Assembly (NCBI RefSeq): GCF_006345805.1
Contig: NW_021825710.1
Coordinates: 186,001-250,000, forward strand
From: Octopus sinensis
Lineage: Eukaryota
Length of the DNA stretch: 64,000 bases
Direction of reading: 5' to 3'
Shown here: one piece after another, positions 1 through 13,567 of the stretch
How positions within the stretch are numbered: position 1 is the stretch's first letter
How the letters are laid out: each line of letters begins with the position of its first letter
Program-made: the position numbers and the translations under genes
The notes under the pieces: generated by a model
What the model saw: only the letters and a program-made list of their open reading frames with translations
The model's database searches: none
Told to the model about the DNA's origin: nothing

Positions 1-2157
1 GTTGATCCAACAAAGGGACCAGAAATCCGAATAGACAGTAGCGTTGTAGACAAAGCCATGAAGGATATGAAGACAGGGAAAGCCCCCGGCCCATCAGGAA
101 TAACCGCTATGATTCTTATAATATCTGGCGGTGTGGGTTATAGTCTAATCACTCAAAGTCATACCCAGTGACTGGTGTAGCAGCACCATAGCCAATTGTT
201 ACAAAGATGAAGGTGACGCCTTAGATAGAAATAATTATAGAGGTATCAAATTGTTGGATCGGGGGATGAACGTCATTGAGGGGATCATACCTCAAATAAT
301 TAGGAAGAGAGATAGTCTAGATGAGATGCAGTTTGGTTTTGTGCCAGGTAGAAGCACCACTGAAGCTATATTACCGGCAAGGCAGCTGCAGGAGAAATAC
401 CAAGCCGAAGATAAACTTCTGTACTTAGCTTTTGCTGATTTGGAGAAAGCTTTTGACAGGGACCCCGCTCCCTTATCTGATGTCAATGCGGAAAGTAGGG
501 ATAGGCGAGTGATTGGTGAGAGCTGTACAAGCCATATACAGGGATGCAGCCAGTAAGGTGAGGATTGGCAACGAGTATAGCGATGATTTCAGGGTACAAG
601 TAGAGGTTCACCAAGGATCAGTCCTCAACCAACTCCTGTTCATCACAGTCCTCCAGGCAATAACAGAGAATTCAAGACGGGCTGCCGTGAGAGCTCCTCT
701 ATGCTGATAAGCTTGTTCTTATAGCCGAATCACTACAAGAACTAAAGAAATTTCAGGTGTCGAAGTAAGGTCTAGAATCGAAGGGCCTTAGAGTCAATCG
801 AGCAAAAACCAAAGTCTTAGTCAGTAAGAAAGCGAACAAATCAAAAATCCTTTCAGGTAGATGGTCCCGCTCGATATGTGGGAAAGATGTAGGTAGAAAT
901 TCTATAAGATGTACCCGGTGCAAGCAATGGATATATAAGAGGTGCAGCAATATCAGACGAAGGTTAACCAGGAAAATAGTTTTTGTTTGTGGAAGGTGCA
1001 CAGGTACAATAAGCACTAAAAATGTACAGAAAAAAGACTCCAACAAATGACAGTGGGGTAAGCTAGAAGTAGTCGATAGCTTCCGTTATCTAGGTGACCA
1101 AAGCAGTAGCGGAAGTCGCTGCTCCGAGAGCGTAGCTGCGAGAATAAGAACAGGCTGGACAAAGTTCCTAAAGCACCTACTTTTGCTGGCAACGAATGGC
1201 CTCTCTCTCTCTCAGAGTGAAAGGCAAACTGTATTATTCCTGTGTGCGAACAGCTATGCTACACAGCAGTGAAATATGGGCTGTGACCGCCCAGGATATG
1301 CGTAGGCTTGAAAGAAATGAAGCTAGTATGCTTCGTTAGATGTGCAATGTCAGTGTGCATGTACGACAGAGTGTGAACGTCTTAAGAAAAAAGTTGGACA
1401 AAAGAGGCACCAGATATGGTGTGCAAGAGAGACGACTGTGCTGATATGGTCATGTGATGCGTATGGATGAGGACAGCTGTGTGAAGATGTGCCGATCTCT
1501 CACTGTGGAAGGAATAGAGGTAGACCCAGGAAGACATGGGATGAGGTGATGAAGCATGATCTTCGAACGTTGGGCCTCACAGAGGCAATGACTAGTGACC
1601 GAAGACCTTTGGCGATATGCCGTACTTGGGAAGACCCATCAAGCCAAGTGAAATAGTAGTCGTGGCCGATGCTAGTGTCACGTAACTTGCACCCATATAG
1701 GTGGAACATAAAAAGCACCTTTTGAGCGTTGGGCCACGCGGAGGCAATGTGGCCGATGCCGGTGTCGCGTAACTAGCACCTGTGCCGGTGTCAACATAAC
1801 TAGCACCTGTGCAAGTGGCACGTAAAAAGCACCTTTCGAGCATTGGGCCTCACACAGGCAATGACAAATGATCTAGACCTTTGGCAATATGCTGTACTTG
1901 AGAAGATACTCATCAAGCCAAGTGAAGTCGTAGTCGTGGCAAATACTGGTGTCATGTAACTGGCACCTGTGCTGGTGGAACTAAAAAGTATCCACTACAC
2001 TCTCGGAGTGGTTGGCTGTAGGAAGAGCATCCAGCCGTAGAAACCATGCCAAATTTGACTGTAGTCTGGTGCAGCCCCCTGAGCTTGCCAACCTTGGTCA
2101 AACCGTCCAACTCATGCCAGCATGGACAACGGGCATTAAATGATGATGATGATGATG
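1..2157 (+). mobile_element. RTE-clade LINE, degenerate (RT + PHD-like finger + 3' UTR with (GAT)n tail); runs off window start
   Basis: ORF fragments QFGFVPGRST / AFADLEKAFDR / VHQGSVL with frameshifts; clearly homologous to 57313-60333 and 62211-64000; ends in (GAT)n at ~2140-2157. Confidence 0.9.
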
Positions 2158-2421
2158 AGGAGGAGGAGGAGGAGGAGGAGGATATACTGTCAGAGTTACC
2201 TACATCGATATTCTTCCTTATATTGTCCTGGAATGAAAACTTCTAGCCATTTCCCATAATGTTCTTTGTTTTGGTGGCCTGTATCCGAATGATTTTTGTT
2301 TCGAACAACCGATTAATTTAAATAAGATATTCTTTCGTTCTACAAGTATGCCAAAATCTTTTCAGCAGAACGTTTTTCTTACATTCCACTGCTTGAAATT
2401 TTTGAAAAACGAAAAGAGAAA

Positions 2422-2428
2422 CAGCAGC

Positions 2429-2517
<89 letters not shown>

Positions 2518-2563
2518 CAGCAGTAGCAGCAGCAGTAGTAGTAATAGTAGTAGTAGTAGTAGT
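2422..2563. repeat. (TAG/CAG)n microsatellite
   Basis: direct reading; source of the poly-S/L/Y ORFs. Confidence 0.98.
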
Positions 2564-3279
2564 AACAACTTGTTGGTGACGGTGTTGTTGCCATCAGAAG
2601 TCTTCGATATTCTCGTTTATTTTCATCGAAACTTTATTGCCAATTAGATTTCGATTTTTCCTCTTTTGTTAAATAGAAACAGAAATAAAAGCCGATGTTT
2701 TAGTAAAGAAACATTTCAAAGAACAGGAGGCTGAGAGGAAGAGTGGCGGCGAGTCAGAGAGAGAGAGAGTGGGGAGAGAGTTAAGAAGGAAACAAGATGA
2801 CGGAGTGGGTGAATTTAATAAAAGAAAAGAAAAAGAGATAAAAGGGAGAAATATTTTCAAATTCATATTATTTCTGTGAATTGTTTATTTGCAAATCTAT
2901 TCACACATTCTTCCAGCCATATTATTATTTACCAATTCACCTTCTTCCATCTTACAGGGAAGCAGTTCAATAACTTGTTACTATTGATTATGCTGTTCTT
3001 CAATATTTATAGAATACTTTTCTGATCCACCGCTGCTGTTTTTCCCTTCAGCGTCACCTCAATCCTCAGTTCACTTAGTTTATTTACCCTGAGATTTTCA
3101 TTTCTTTCACTTTTGATAGAAAATGAACTCCTTTAACGAACCCGTATAAAAGATACATACATACGTACTTTTGAGGTACATACATACGTACGTAAGTATG
3201 TACCTCAAAAGTAGCGAGAATATTTTCGAGTAAAAGTTCGTGTTTTCATATGTGTATGCATACACATATTTTTTTCTAA

Positions 3280-3905
3280 TCAAGGCACAAGGCCTGAAAT
3301 TTTGGGGGAGGGGGCGGTTGATTAGATCGACTCCAGAACCCAACTGGTACTTACTTTATCAACTCCGAAAGGATGAAAGGCAAAGTTGACCCTGTCTTTA
3401 CTCAGAACGTAAAGACAGACGAAATACTGCTAAGCATTTCACTCGGCGTGCTAACGTTTCAGCCAGCTCGTCGCCTTTGTGTGTACACATATCCTTTTAA
3501 ATTTCGGATCTTGTGCCTAGAGGCACAAGGTCCGAAATTTTGGGGAAGGAGACCAATCTATTAGAAAGATTCCAGTACACAACTGGTACTTATTTTATCC
3601 ACTCCGAAAGGATGAAAGGCAAAGTTGACCCCGGCAGAATTTAAACTCTGAACGTAAAGACAGACGAATACCTATTTCTTTACTACCCACAAGGGTCTAA
3701 GCACAGAGAGGACAAACAAGGACAGACAAACGGATCAAGTCGATTATATCGACCCCAGTGCGTAACTGGTACTTATTTAATCGACCCTGAAACGATGAAA
3801 GGCAAAGTCGAGCTCGGCGGAATTTGAACTTAGAACATAGCGGCACACGAAATACGGCTAAGCATTTCGCCGGCGTGCTAACGATTCTGCCAGCTCGCCG
3901 CCTTT
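3280..3905 (-). mobile_element. Three adjacent/nested copies of a tRNA-derived SINE
   Basis: repeated block CAACTGGTACTTA..GATGAAAGGCAAAGTYGA..AACGTAAAGACAGACGAA at ~3340, ~3580, ~3760; minus strand begins GGCGAGCTGGCAGAATCGTTAGC with B-box-like GTTCAAATTCC. Confidence 0.85.
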
Positions 3906-5710
3906 GTGTCTACACATATTAACATCACATGTACTCAAGATTTTGATTGTATACAGTCGGTTGGTTAAATTCAAACATCGACAAATACAGAGTTTAGAAA
4001 CAAAATATCTTTGAGGTATTTCAACCAAATATAACTGGGAAATTAAAACAATATCAGAGGAAATATTGCTACCTAAGATATTTGCTCAAATAAAAATCGT
4101 TAACATTTTCATTGCTAGTTCATTGTATGCAGGTTTATGACTAGTTCATTGTATGCAGGTTTATGACATTGTCACAAACTGGTGGCAAATCACTATGTGG
4201 TACTAATAGAGTTGTACTCTATGTTAACAGATAATTGTAACTTATTTTCTTGACCTCAGGTGGATTAAAGTCCACATAAGTGGGAATGAAAAGAAACAAA
4301 ACTAAATGTTAATACAATCGCTTTACTGTTTTCGCCATCCATCGCTTTGCAGCAATTTACCCAGCCATTATTTTAAGTTTATTCACTAAAACTTTAAAAC
4401 CGGTTAGAATGTGCCCCATTGATTATGTCGAATATTACAGAAACGTTCTTCTGAAGACCCACTTTCGCCTGCATTCAATGTTTAATTAATTTCTATTAAT
4501 CTAAATTTCAAGGTTGTCTTCCCTGCCTGTTTGACTAAAATTAGCTACTAACACAAAATGTTGTGATTCGAACACTACCCGCTAGATACTCGGTTAGACA
4601 TCACTTGTGAACCACCACTGTTTCACGAGATTGATCTATAAATCGACCAACCAGCGTGAATCTGTGGCGTAATATGGCTTTTCGAATATTCTAGAATTTA
4701 CCCTTTCTTTGTTACCCCATAACAATCGTATGGCACCTAACTCAGCAGATAGAAGGTGCATTCGAGTAGACGACTTTGGGTACTTGGACAGACCAATTCT
4801 GATCTTTCACACGATGTCCCATAATTAGCTTTCTACGGACACGGTGTGGTTTTTGTCTCCTCCCAGTCGGTAATTATATCATTAACATCTTGCATTAGAA
4901 ATAGCCAACGCAAAATATTATGTTCAACAGTAAATTTAAAGGTTCGTAAGTTTTCTTCAGTTATTATTCACGCTGCTATCAACGCCCCACATTGCTAGTG
5001 TAAAACACTAACAAGCACACCACAGCAATGGTGATAAAGCCACCCGTAGCAACGATGGCGACTCGGACGTTAACAATATTGACCACCTTGACACAAGCGA
5101 CCAAGCAGCAATGATTTTATCCTCACTGTAGATGTAAACTTAATGACGTGAGCCATTTCTTGGCACACAACATTAAATATGTTGACACCAACTTTACTCG
5201 AAACACACAAACCAATGAAGGATTCTCCTTACCGACACTGAAATTTCTCTCAAATCACATCTTATCATTTTAGGAAAAAAAAAACAAAACAGAAGCAAAA
5301 TCAACACTGCAAAGATCTACAACATGAAGAGAGGGCTATGACTAGAATACTCTCGATCGTAAGTTTACCTAATTAGGGACAATCTGCAGCTAAACAATTA
5401 CAAAATGGATTAGATAAAAAGCTGCATTTAGGCAACATTTAGAGATTTTCCATAAGCATTAGAGAAATTATTGCACTTCACACAAAGGAAACTGATCGCT
5501 GGTTGGCTGGCAATTGATCCCTGTACTATTTAATATTTCCATTCATAGGCAAAACAATACTTAGGGAAATAGGAATAGTCTTATGGATAATATTTCATGT
5601 CACCGGCAAGTTCATCTTCATTGGCTCTATGTGAATATCCTTTATGCAAGATGTGGCATGAGCTCGGTTTCTGCAGAAAACATTTGCATAATGTTTTTAC
5701 ACAAAAGAAC

Positions 5711-6397
5711 TATAGTTTCGAGGTTTTTGCCTCTCGTCAACGTACGGTAATCACGGGTTTTCGATGAGGATAGACCTGTTTGCGAATATCTATTTAATGT
5801 TTTTCCCAGCAACCGCTGTCACTGATTTCGAAAAACTGTCTGAAAGCAATAATAAATCTCTGAACGAGATGTAAACAGTAACCCCTCGACAACGTAACGT
5901 ATACTAACCATCTCAATATGGCTAACCACTAAGGGTGGGTGTTACTGAAGCTTTTAGCCCCAGGAGATCATCGTCTCCAGCTGGCTTTAGACACACTTTC
6001 TGTGCCCACCCACCCTTAGTGGTTAGCCATATTGAGATGGCTAGTATACTTTACGTTGTCGAGCGTTACTGTTTACATCTCGTTCAGAGATTTATTATTG
6101 CTTTAAGATAGTTTTTTGAAATCAGTGACAGTGGTTGCTGGGAAAAACATTAAATAGATATTCGCAAACAGGTCTATCCTCATCGAAAACCCGTGATTAC
6201 CGTACGTTGACGAGAGGTAAAAACCTCGAAACTATAAGTCCGTGCGTATCACTTAGGTTTACGAGAGGGGATGACCTCCCTTTGCGAATATCATAAGGGT
6301 ACAGAAAGTGTGTCTAAAGCCAGCTGGAGACGATGATCTCAGTAACACCCACCCTTAGTGGTTAACCATATTGAGATGGCTAATATACTTTACGTTA
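5711..6397. repeat. Inverted + tandem repeat cassette carrying a hammerhead-like motif (Penelope pLTR/retrozyme-like)
   Basis: 5711-5940 is the reverse complement of 6008-6236; 6299-6397 is the reverse complement of ~5900-6005; a further partial copy lies at 7030-7140. Confidence 0.9.
6201..6246 (+). ncRNA. Minimal type-I hammerhead ribozyme-like motif (U3 variant)
   Basis: CGTACG-TTGACGA-GAGG taaaaa CCTC-GAAAC tataa GTC-CGTGCG: stems I, II and III all pair; core UUGACGA instead of CUGANGA. Confidence 0.7.
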
Positions 6398-8252
6398 TAT
6401 ATATACAGTAAATAAGAAAATGGTGAGGATGCAAAAACGACATACATCAGCCGGTTGACATTCTAGTATGTCTATTTATTCAAAAGTATTAAAAAGTAAT
6501 AGAATACATGCACATATAATAACTATGTGTTACATACACATGTACTAATATTACAGAAAAGAGAAAAAGAGCAAAAGATCAGATTGTCAGCAGGTTCTAG
6601 TTCCTTACGGCTGTTTCTGCCAAATCCTCCATGCCATCGCCATCTCTTCGGTGTTCTGCAGGGATGGGCAGATAAAGTTTGGATGATGAATGTGCCTCTA
6701 CGCTTGGACGAAATAACATGGATCTTGGAATACATCACGGGTAATCTGTAGTTTATTCTCCTTCCTATACCCAAATAATTTTAATAAGTTGTGCTTCACT
6801 AACATCCTCATGTTTGCTCCTATTCTTTTTCTGCCCTTTCAAAAAGACAAACACACTGCACCTATTGTTAACTGTTTCTTATTTGTATTAACCCTCCCAA
6901 CCACTTGGACCCTCAGAAGAAGCCTAGAGGCACATTCATCTTCCAAATACTATCTGCCCATCCCTACTGAGGGATGAAGATGGCATGAAGGATTTCGTTG
7001 CCTCTTGGCAGAAACGGCCATCTTTTGCTCAGTGACAGTGGTTGCTGGGAAAAGCATTAAATAGATATTCGCAAACAGGTCTATCCTCATCGAAAACCCG
7101 TGATTACCGTACGTTGACGAGAGGCAAAAACCTCGAAACTATATATATATATATATTTCAATGGATGAATGAATTATCCTATGTTTACCGTTAACATGGA
7201 AAATTCAATAAACCGTTACCAGGGTAGCAAAATTCACGTCAGAAACACGGTTGAAGCGACCTATCCAAAGGTAGAATGTGCAGTAATTTGTGTGTTATAA
7301 ATGAATAAATAAATAAATGGAGTTGAACGAAGATGTTAATAAAATTCTTTTACTTTCGACATATGTTTCGAAGACAACATGGTTTTATTCCAAAGGAATA
7401 AACGGTGTAAAATGCAATCTTCTCATCAGGAAAGAAAGAGAGCCTCTCTCAACAACAAGACATTATAGCAATTACGATGACTGCCTACATGATAAACAGA
7501 ACGTTATTAAGTATTTAAAAAAGCCGTTAGTAGATTTGACATCAAATATATAATATATAAGAGAGAGAGAGAGAGAGAGATCCAATGAAAGATGAATATC
7601 AGTTTATTACACATTACGAAAGAGCTACTAATAGTTTCATACTTTTAGGATATTTTAAATAGGTAGATTTATAAAACACGTTATGTATCTTCAAGCAATA
7701 TTTCAGGTTCTGTTTATGCGTTAGATATAGTTTAAAAACCAGGATGCTGGACAGTAAGAAGATAAGAAAAAACAAGAAGACAAACGCAAAGAAGATTGAT
7801 GCAAAAATAGAACGAGAAGGAAACGAAAGCAAGAAAATCAACATTCTCGTCCTCTCTCATTGCAGAAACCAATTAGTGCAGCCAGTGTAGAACAAAATAA
7901 CAGAAAATATACCAAATTCTACGAGACAGCAACTCAATCCGGAGTGGGTGGTGTCCTCTAGTTTGACAAAAGAAACCCGTCCATATGTTTGCAACTGCTA
8001 AAAAAATTACAGATCTGGAATTAAGCTGTGTGATGGAATTCTTTGTCTAAGAAGAATATGAGATCTTTCTGCTACTCATAAGTAGCAGAGGCATTAACAT
8101 ATGGCTTGAATTTTGATACGATTCTCCACTTAATAGTATGTGGTGTGGAGTTGGCCTTCAAACCCCATACGTGGCTAGCCAACTTAATTGCATAACTTTG
8201 GTCGATGTACCGGAGAGAAGATAGGTGGTTTGCACATATATATATATGCATG

Positions 8253-8303
<51 letters not shown>

Positions 8304-8689
8304 GCGTATGTGTGTGTGTGTACTCGGAGATGAACGGTTTTGACAGAAAGTCTAAAAGAAGTATAGCTTGTAAACCTGTAATTGTTTGCGTTGTAAGGCC
8401 ATGAGGTGATAATGCTTATAGAGGGAATGTTTATTGATTTTAACAATGGCTGAATGATTTAAAACAGCAGTAAGAACTGAATCGATCATTAATAAACTGT
8501 AATCTTAGTTTGTTCTAATATGAAAACTTCGGCCCATTATAGTCAAGTCCTGTGACCAGTATTTACAACGTTTATATATTATCTTGTGTGTCCGATGTAA
8601 CCAAAGTGATCAGAGGGCCCAGTAAACCTAGTATCTCGAACAAAACTACAAAAAATAAGTTACTATAGTGTCATTTTGATTAATATTAA

Positions 8690-8880
8690 TTTCAAATTTC
8701 GGGAGAGGGTTAAGTCGATCCCATCGACCCCAATATTCAACTGGTACTTATTTTATTGACCCCAAAAGATTGAAAGATAGAATCTACCTCGGTGGAATTT
8801 GAACTCAGGAAGTGAAGACAGACGAAACGCAGCTAAGAATTTCGCTTGGCGTGCTAGCGATTCTGATAGCTCACAACCTT
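8690..8880 (-). mobile_element. tRNA-derived SINE (same family as 3280-3905)
   Basis: CAACTGGTACTTATTTTATTGACCCC...GAATTTGAACTCAG...GACAGACGAAA. Confidence 0.8.
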
Positions 8881-9649
8881 GTAAGTTTGGCTAATATTGA
8901 TATTGGTTATTTACATTATCAGAAGGCCACGAATTTGAAGAGATACTATCTACTGAACCTTTCTATGCGAGGAAGGATGAAGAACAAATTGACCTTTAGT
9001 TGATTTGAACTCTCAACGTGGAGGGATGAAGTTTCTGCCAGCCCTTGTGCTTGGCTTCTAAATCATATTAAAGCTGTCTATTAAGTGAAATTATCTAACG
9101 ATAATTGCAGGCTGGATTGCATTGACACACACTCCTAGGAGCACTCTGCTACTATGGACTGTTAGGTTCTAAGTAACGCAGGGTCATACTTGACTTATGC
9201 GATTACTATTTAGAATGTTCTGTCTGTTAAAATGACAAACATTACAAATCTTATTACCAAATGACGCTTGAATTTTCACCTTTGGTGAACCACTAAAAAC
9301 ATTCGTACATTCGTACATTTTAGGAACAATCTTCTCTAGTGATTGTAAAATATCAATTTCATTACATTTCTACCATAAAATAACAAAACAAAAAAACAAC
9401 GCATTTTTAGTTTTGGGCATGACTGTATGAATTTTTCGTGCCTGCTGTATGAATGAGAACTTTGTAGACACTGATTTCGTATTCAGCATGAATAATCTTG
9501 TTTCGCTGATTTTCTGTGGATATTTCGTGTAATGTAACATTTGAGTCCCTCTTGGTTTTGTTCAGCGCTTAGGTTGTAATATCAGAGTCGCTAGACAAGT
9601 AAAGTTTACAATCATAAACAAATTTAAATGTCAATTCTTATACTAAATA

Positions 9650-12600
9650 CGTGATTATGTCTACATGGCCGGCTTCAGCTCGTGTCCGAGCATTGGGTTC
9701 GTCAGTTTCCATTCAGTGTCCTCGGCTGATGTTTGTGCTGAAAGTGACTTTGGAGTCCAAGTCGGAAGTGAAAGAGTCGTGGGCAGAACTCGCACGGGAT
9801 GGTCGGTGCAGGTCAAGGATGTTGAAGACGCTATTTTCTTCTCCTGTGTTTTGCCTCCTCATTCTGTTGTCTGTTCTGCTCGAAGGAGCTGGCTCCATTG
9901 CAGATAGCAGTCCTCCAGGCTGTCCTATCCATGGCAATCTGTTCCCATCAGGATGGCTGGATGTTAGCTTGAGCCAAGGTCCATTTGAGCTGGTCTTTAA
10001 AATGGAATTTCGGATCTCCTCTGGGTCTTGTTCCGATTGCAGGTTCTCCATAGAGCATGATTCATAGGAGACGAGAGGGCTCCATACGCTGGACGTGACC
10101 TGCCCAGCAGAGACGATGGCATAGAATGGTGGCTTTGATACTTGATAGTGAGGCGCGGCGAAGAACTTCGTTGTTGGTAACGTGATCTTTCCATTGTATG
10201 TTGAGGATCTGTCGTAGCTTCGATTGCTGGAAGCATTCAAGGCGCTTGAAATCACAGCGGTACAACGTCCAAATCTCACAAGCGTAGAGTAGAGTTGACA
10301 GGACAATAACACGGAAGACCATGATCTTTGTCCGGGTGGTCAGCGCGTGATTGAAGAATACACGTTAGCTGAGTCTGCCGAAAGCGGAATGGGCAGCCCC
10401 AATCCGGTTCCTCACGTCCCTTTCACACGTGGGGATCTTCGAAAGGATACTTCCAAGGTACTTGAAGTGTTCAACCTCTTCTAGGGGTTGGCCGTTGATG
10501 CTAATGTTTGTTAGTGGACTGTTCTGGCCTGGTGCAGGTTAGATCAGTGTCTTGGTCTTTAATGTGTTTACCTGCATCCTGAAGCGTTCGTAAGCCGAGT
10601 TGTAAAGATCGGCCGTCCTTTGTAGGCCATCTGTGGTCCGGCTCGGAGTGGCATTGTCGTCGGCATACTGCATCCTACAGACTGAGATAGCGGATGTCCT
10701 CGTTATTGCACGGAGGCGTGCAAGATTGAAGAGCCCGCCAACCAAGCGATAGTGCATGTTGATGTAAGGCTAGTCTAGTGAGATTTCGTTGAACATGGCG
10801 GCCATGTACAAAGAGAAACAGGTTGGTGCCAGGACGCATCCTTGCTTAAGACCCCCCCCCCCAACGATGGTAAACGGGTCTGTGAGGGCATTTTGATGAC
10901 ATACCCTACCCATCATACCATCGTGGAAGAAGCAGACCATGGCAATGAAGTCCTCCGGACATCCAAACTGGGCAAGTACGGCCACATTGCAGGACGGGGG
11001 ACTTTGTCAAAGGCTTTCTTTAGATCCCAGAAGATGAGCTTTGCAGGCTGTTGTTGTTCCTGACACTTCACCTGGGGTTGACGGGCACAAAAGATCATAT
11101 CGATTGTGCCTCAAGAGAGTCGAAAGCCACACTGGAACTTAGGGAGGGCGTCTTCCGCGAGGATGAGGAGGCGATTGAGTAGGATACAGTGAAGATTTTA
11201 CTTGCAATACTCAGGAATGAGATGCCCCGATAGTTGTTGCAATCCTCTCGGTCTCTCGATGATAGGTGCAGGGTCTTGCTTTCCCAGTTCTTGGGGATAA
11301 AGAAGCATCAGATGATTTCTCAGTTCAAGACCTCCGTGCGGAAAAAACTCAAACGGGATGTTGTCTGGTCCTAGAGCTTTCCCCGGCTTCATGCGTGCAA
11401 GTGCCTTGTTGAACTCATGGCATGAGGACAGCAGGGACAGCCAATGGCGGATGGGGAGCTGTGGGGTTTTTGGAGGAGATCGTCAGGAGTGCGTGAGTGG
11501 TCGTTAAGTAGGCACTCGAAATGGGACCTCCAGCGATCGAAGATTCCTTGGGTATCGGTTATCGTAGAGCCAGTTGCGTTCTTCGACATTGTGGAGCCAA
11601 AGATCTCCTTGGTTGCGGCATAAAAGCTGCACAAGTCTCGTTGGTCTGCATAGTTTTGCATCTCCTTTATTTTCCTCTGCCACCAGAAGTTCTGAGCTTC
11701 TCGAATTCCTTGCTGGCATTCCGCTGATGCTTGCTGGTGTTTTCTTTTGTTCACTGCAGTGGTATGATTTTCGCGTCCGGAGTTTGGCTTATATAACACG
11801 GGAGATGGTTTCATCATTCTCGTCAAACCAGTCTTGGTCCTTCTTCCGAACAAAGCCGATCGTCTCCTCGGCGGCAGTGGTCATGGCTTCACGAAGGCTG
11901 GTCCAGCGATCCTCAATGGAGGTTGGCTCTGGGAGGTCCATCAGGTGTCTCTCAATGAATTCCCTGGAGTCTTGGGATGCCTGTGAGCTCCGGAGTTTGG
12001 CGCAGTCGAAGCGTCGGCAAGGGATGTTTGCTGAGACCCGCTTTGGTGGGCGGCGGATTTTGATTCAAGGCGAGAAATAAGAAGACGGTGATCAGTCCAG
12101 CAGTCATCTGCACTAGGCATGGAGCGGGTGATGCGTACATCTCGTCTGTCCCTGGATCATGTCAGAACGTAATCGAGGATGTGCCAGTGTTTAGACCGTA
12201 GGTGTTTTCAAGCTGTTTTTTGTCGGGTAGGGAGACGAAATAGGGAGTTGGTAATGACGAGCTCATGTTCGGCGCAAATGCCCAGAAGGAGCTGGCCATT
12301 GGCATTGCATTTCTCAATGCCGTGATGACCAAGAATGCCATTCCACAGACAATGTCGACTCTACCGTTAAAGTCCCCCAACACAACGAGTTTGTCATGCG
12401 CGGGGACTGTCGGGATAGTGCAGTCCAACAGGTTGTAGAACGAAGCATTGACGTCGCCTTCAGATGTGAGGGTAGGGGCATACACAGAGATCAGCGTAAG
12501 AAATCTATCCCGAATGAGTGGGATCTGAACATTTATCAGGCGCTCACTGACGGCAGTTGGGACGAGTCTGTGTTGGCCCACGAGTTTCGTTTTGATGGCA

Positions 12601-13567
12601 AGGTCAACTCCATGGATGCATAGTTCGTAAGGATTCTTCACCTTCCAAAAAAATGGTGTATTTGGAGCCAGCTTCTCTGATGCTATCTTCTCCGTGAAGT
12701 CTAGTCTTGTTCAAGGCTGCCACGGGCAAGTTCGTTGCAGACGAGGACTGTACGTCGCTCTGGTCGATTACTGTCACTCTTGTCTTGGAGAGTACGGATA
12801 TTCCAGGCCCTGAAGGTAAGATGTTGTGAAACAGAGGATTTAGTAGAGTTCCGACCGGTAAGTGGGAGGTCTGCCAGCCGCGGTATGCTGGCCAGATCGA
12901 GTTACCGTGTCCGATGTTTACCCCACCTTTTCTAGGGGCTTCTGTTGAGGGGTGGGCTGCGGTAATCCTAAAGAGGCCAGCCCAGTCACGATTCTAGCTT
13001 CCGAACTCCAATGTCACGGCTATTCATTGGTGAGCGACTATCTGAGATTTGCTGCCAATGAGTAGTCACAGACTAGAGGCTTCCAGCTTTCCAGGCCTGC
13101 CTCCGATGCCCACGATATCATCATCATTGGGTTTTTTGAGACAGATTAGAAAGACGAAGCCATTCGCTGAGTAAATTGTTTGAGGTGATCGTCGCTGCGC
13201 GACGGCTACTCGCACGCCCTTCGTCAGCAACTGCTCCACTGCGGCTCAAGAATTGAGACATACTGTTTTGATGAGGCTAGTTGCAACGAGCTGCCGGAGT
13301 CTATCCGCCTTTGTTACGCCTGCCCGCCAGGCGTTGCCCTCTTCCGCTGGAGTCAATCCTTGGGAGCTTGAGGTAGCCCTCCTCCGCTGGCTCCGCCGTT
13401 GGGGTCTTGATGTTGGTGTTTGGTTGTGTTTAGTTTGGGACCTCATCCTCGACCTTCCTGCCATGGGTGGCCCAACCAGGAGTCTAAGACTCCAGACAGT
13501 ATCGCTCTCAATATCATTGGAACACACAGGCTCTTCCACCACGACAAGGGACATCGGAAGAGATGTG
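9650..13567 (-). mobile_element. Near-full-length RTE/BovB-like LINE, frameshifted (5' UTR, APE endonuclease, RT)
   Basis: EN motifs LISVYAPT / [11 protein letters not shown]; RT motifs KALGPDNIP, DLKKAFDKV, GLKQGCVLAP, QYADD; C-terminal LLYACEIW, LCWAGHVQRM. Confidence 0.92.

Noticed and set aside
1590-1990. Short repeats resembling a repeat-spacer array
   Set aside because: Irregular internal duplications of the RTE 3' UTR in a eukaryotic context; not CRISPR
2348-2647. Poly-Ser/Leu/Tyr ORFs, and similar poly-N/D/I/M, YI and CV ORFs elsewhere
   Set aside because: Translations of microsatellites, not genes
4980-5130. Minus-strand hydrophobic stretch VAIVATGGFITIAVVCLLVFY resembling a TM helix
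   Set aside because: Frame is closed by stops on both sides, with no in-frame splice support
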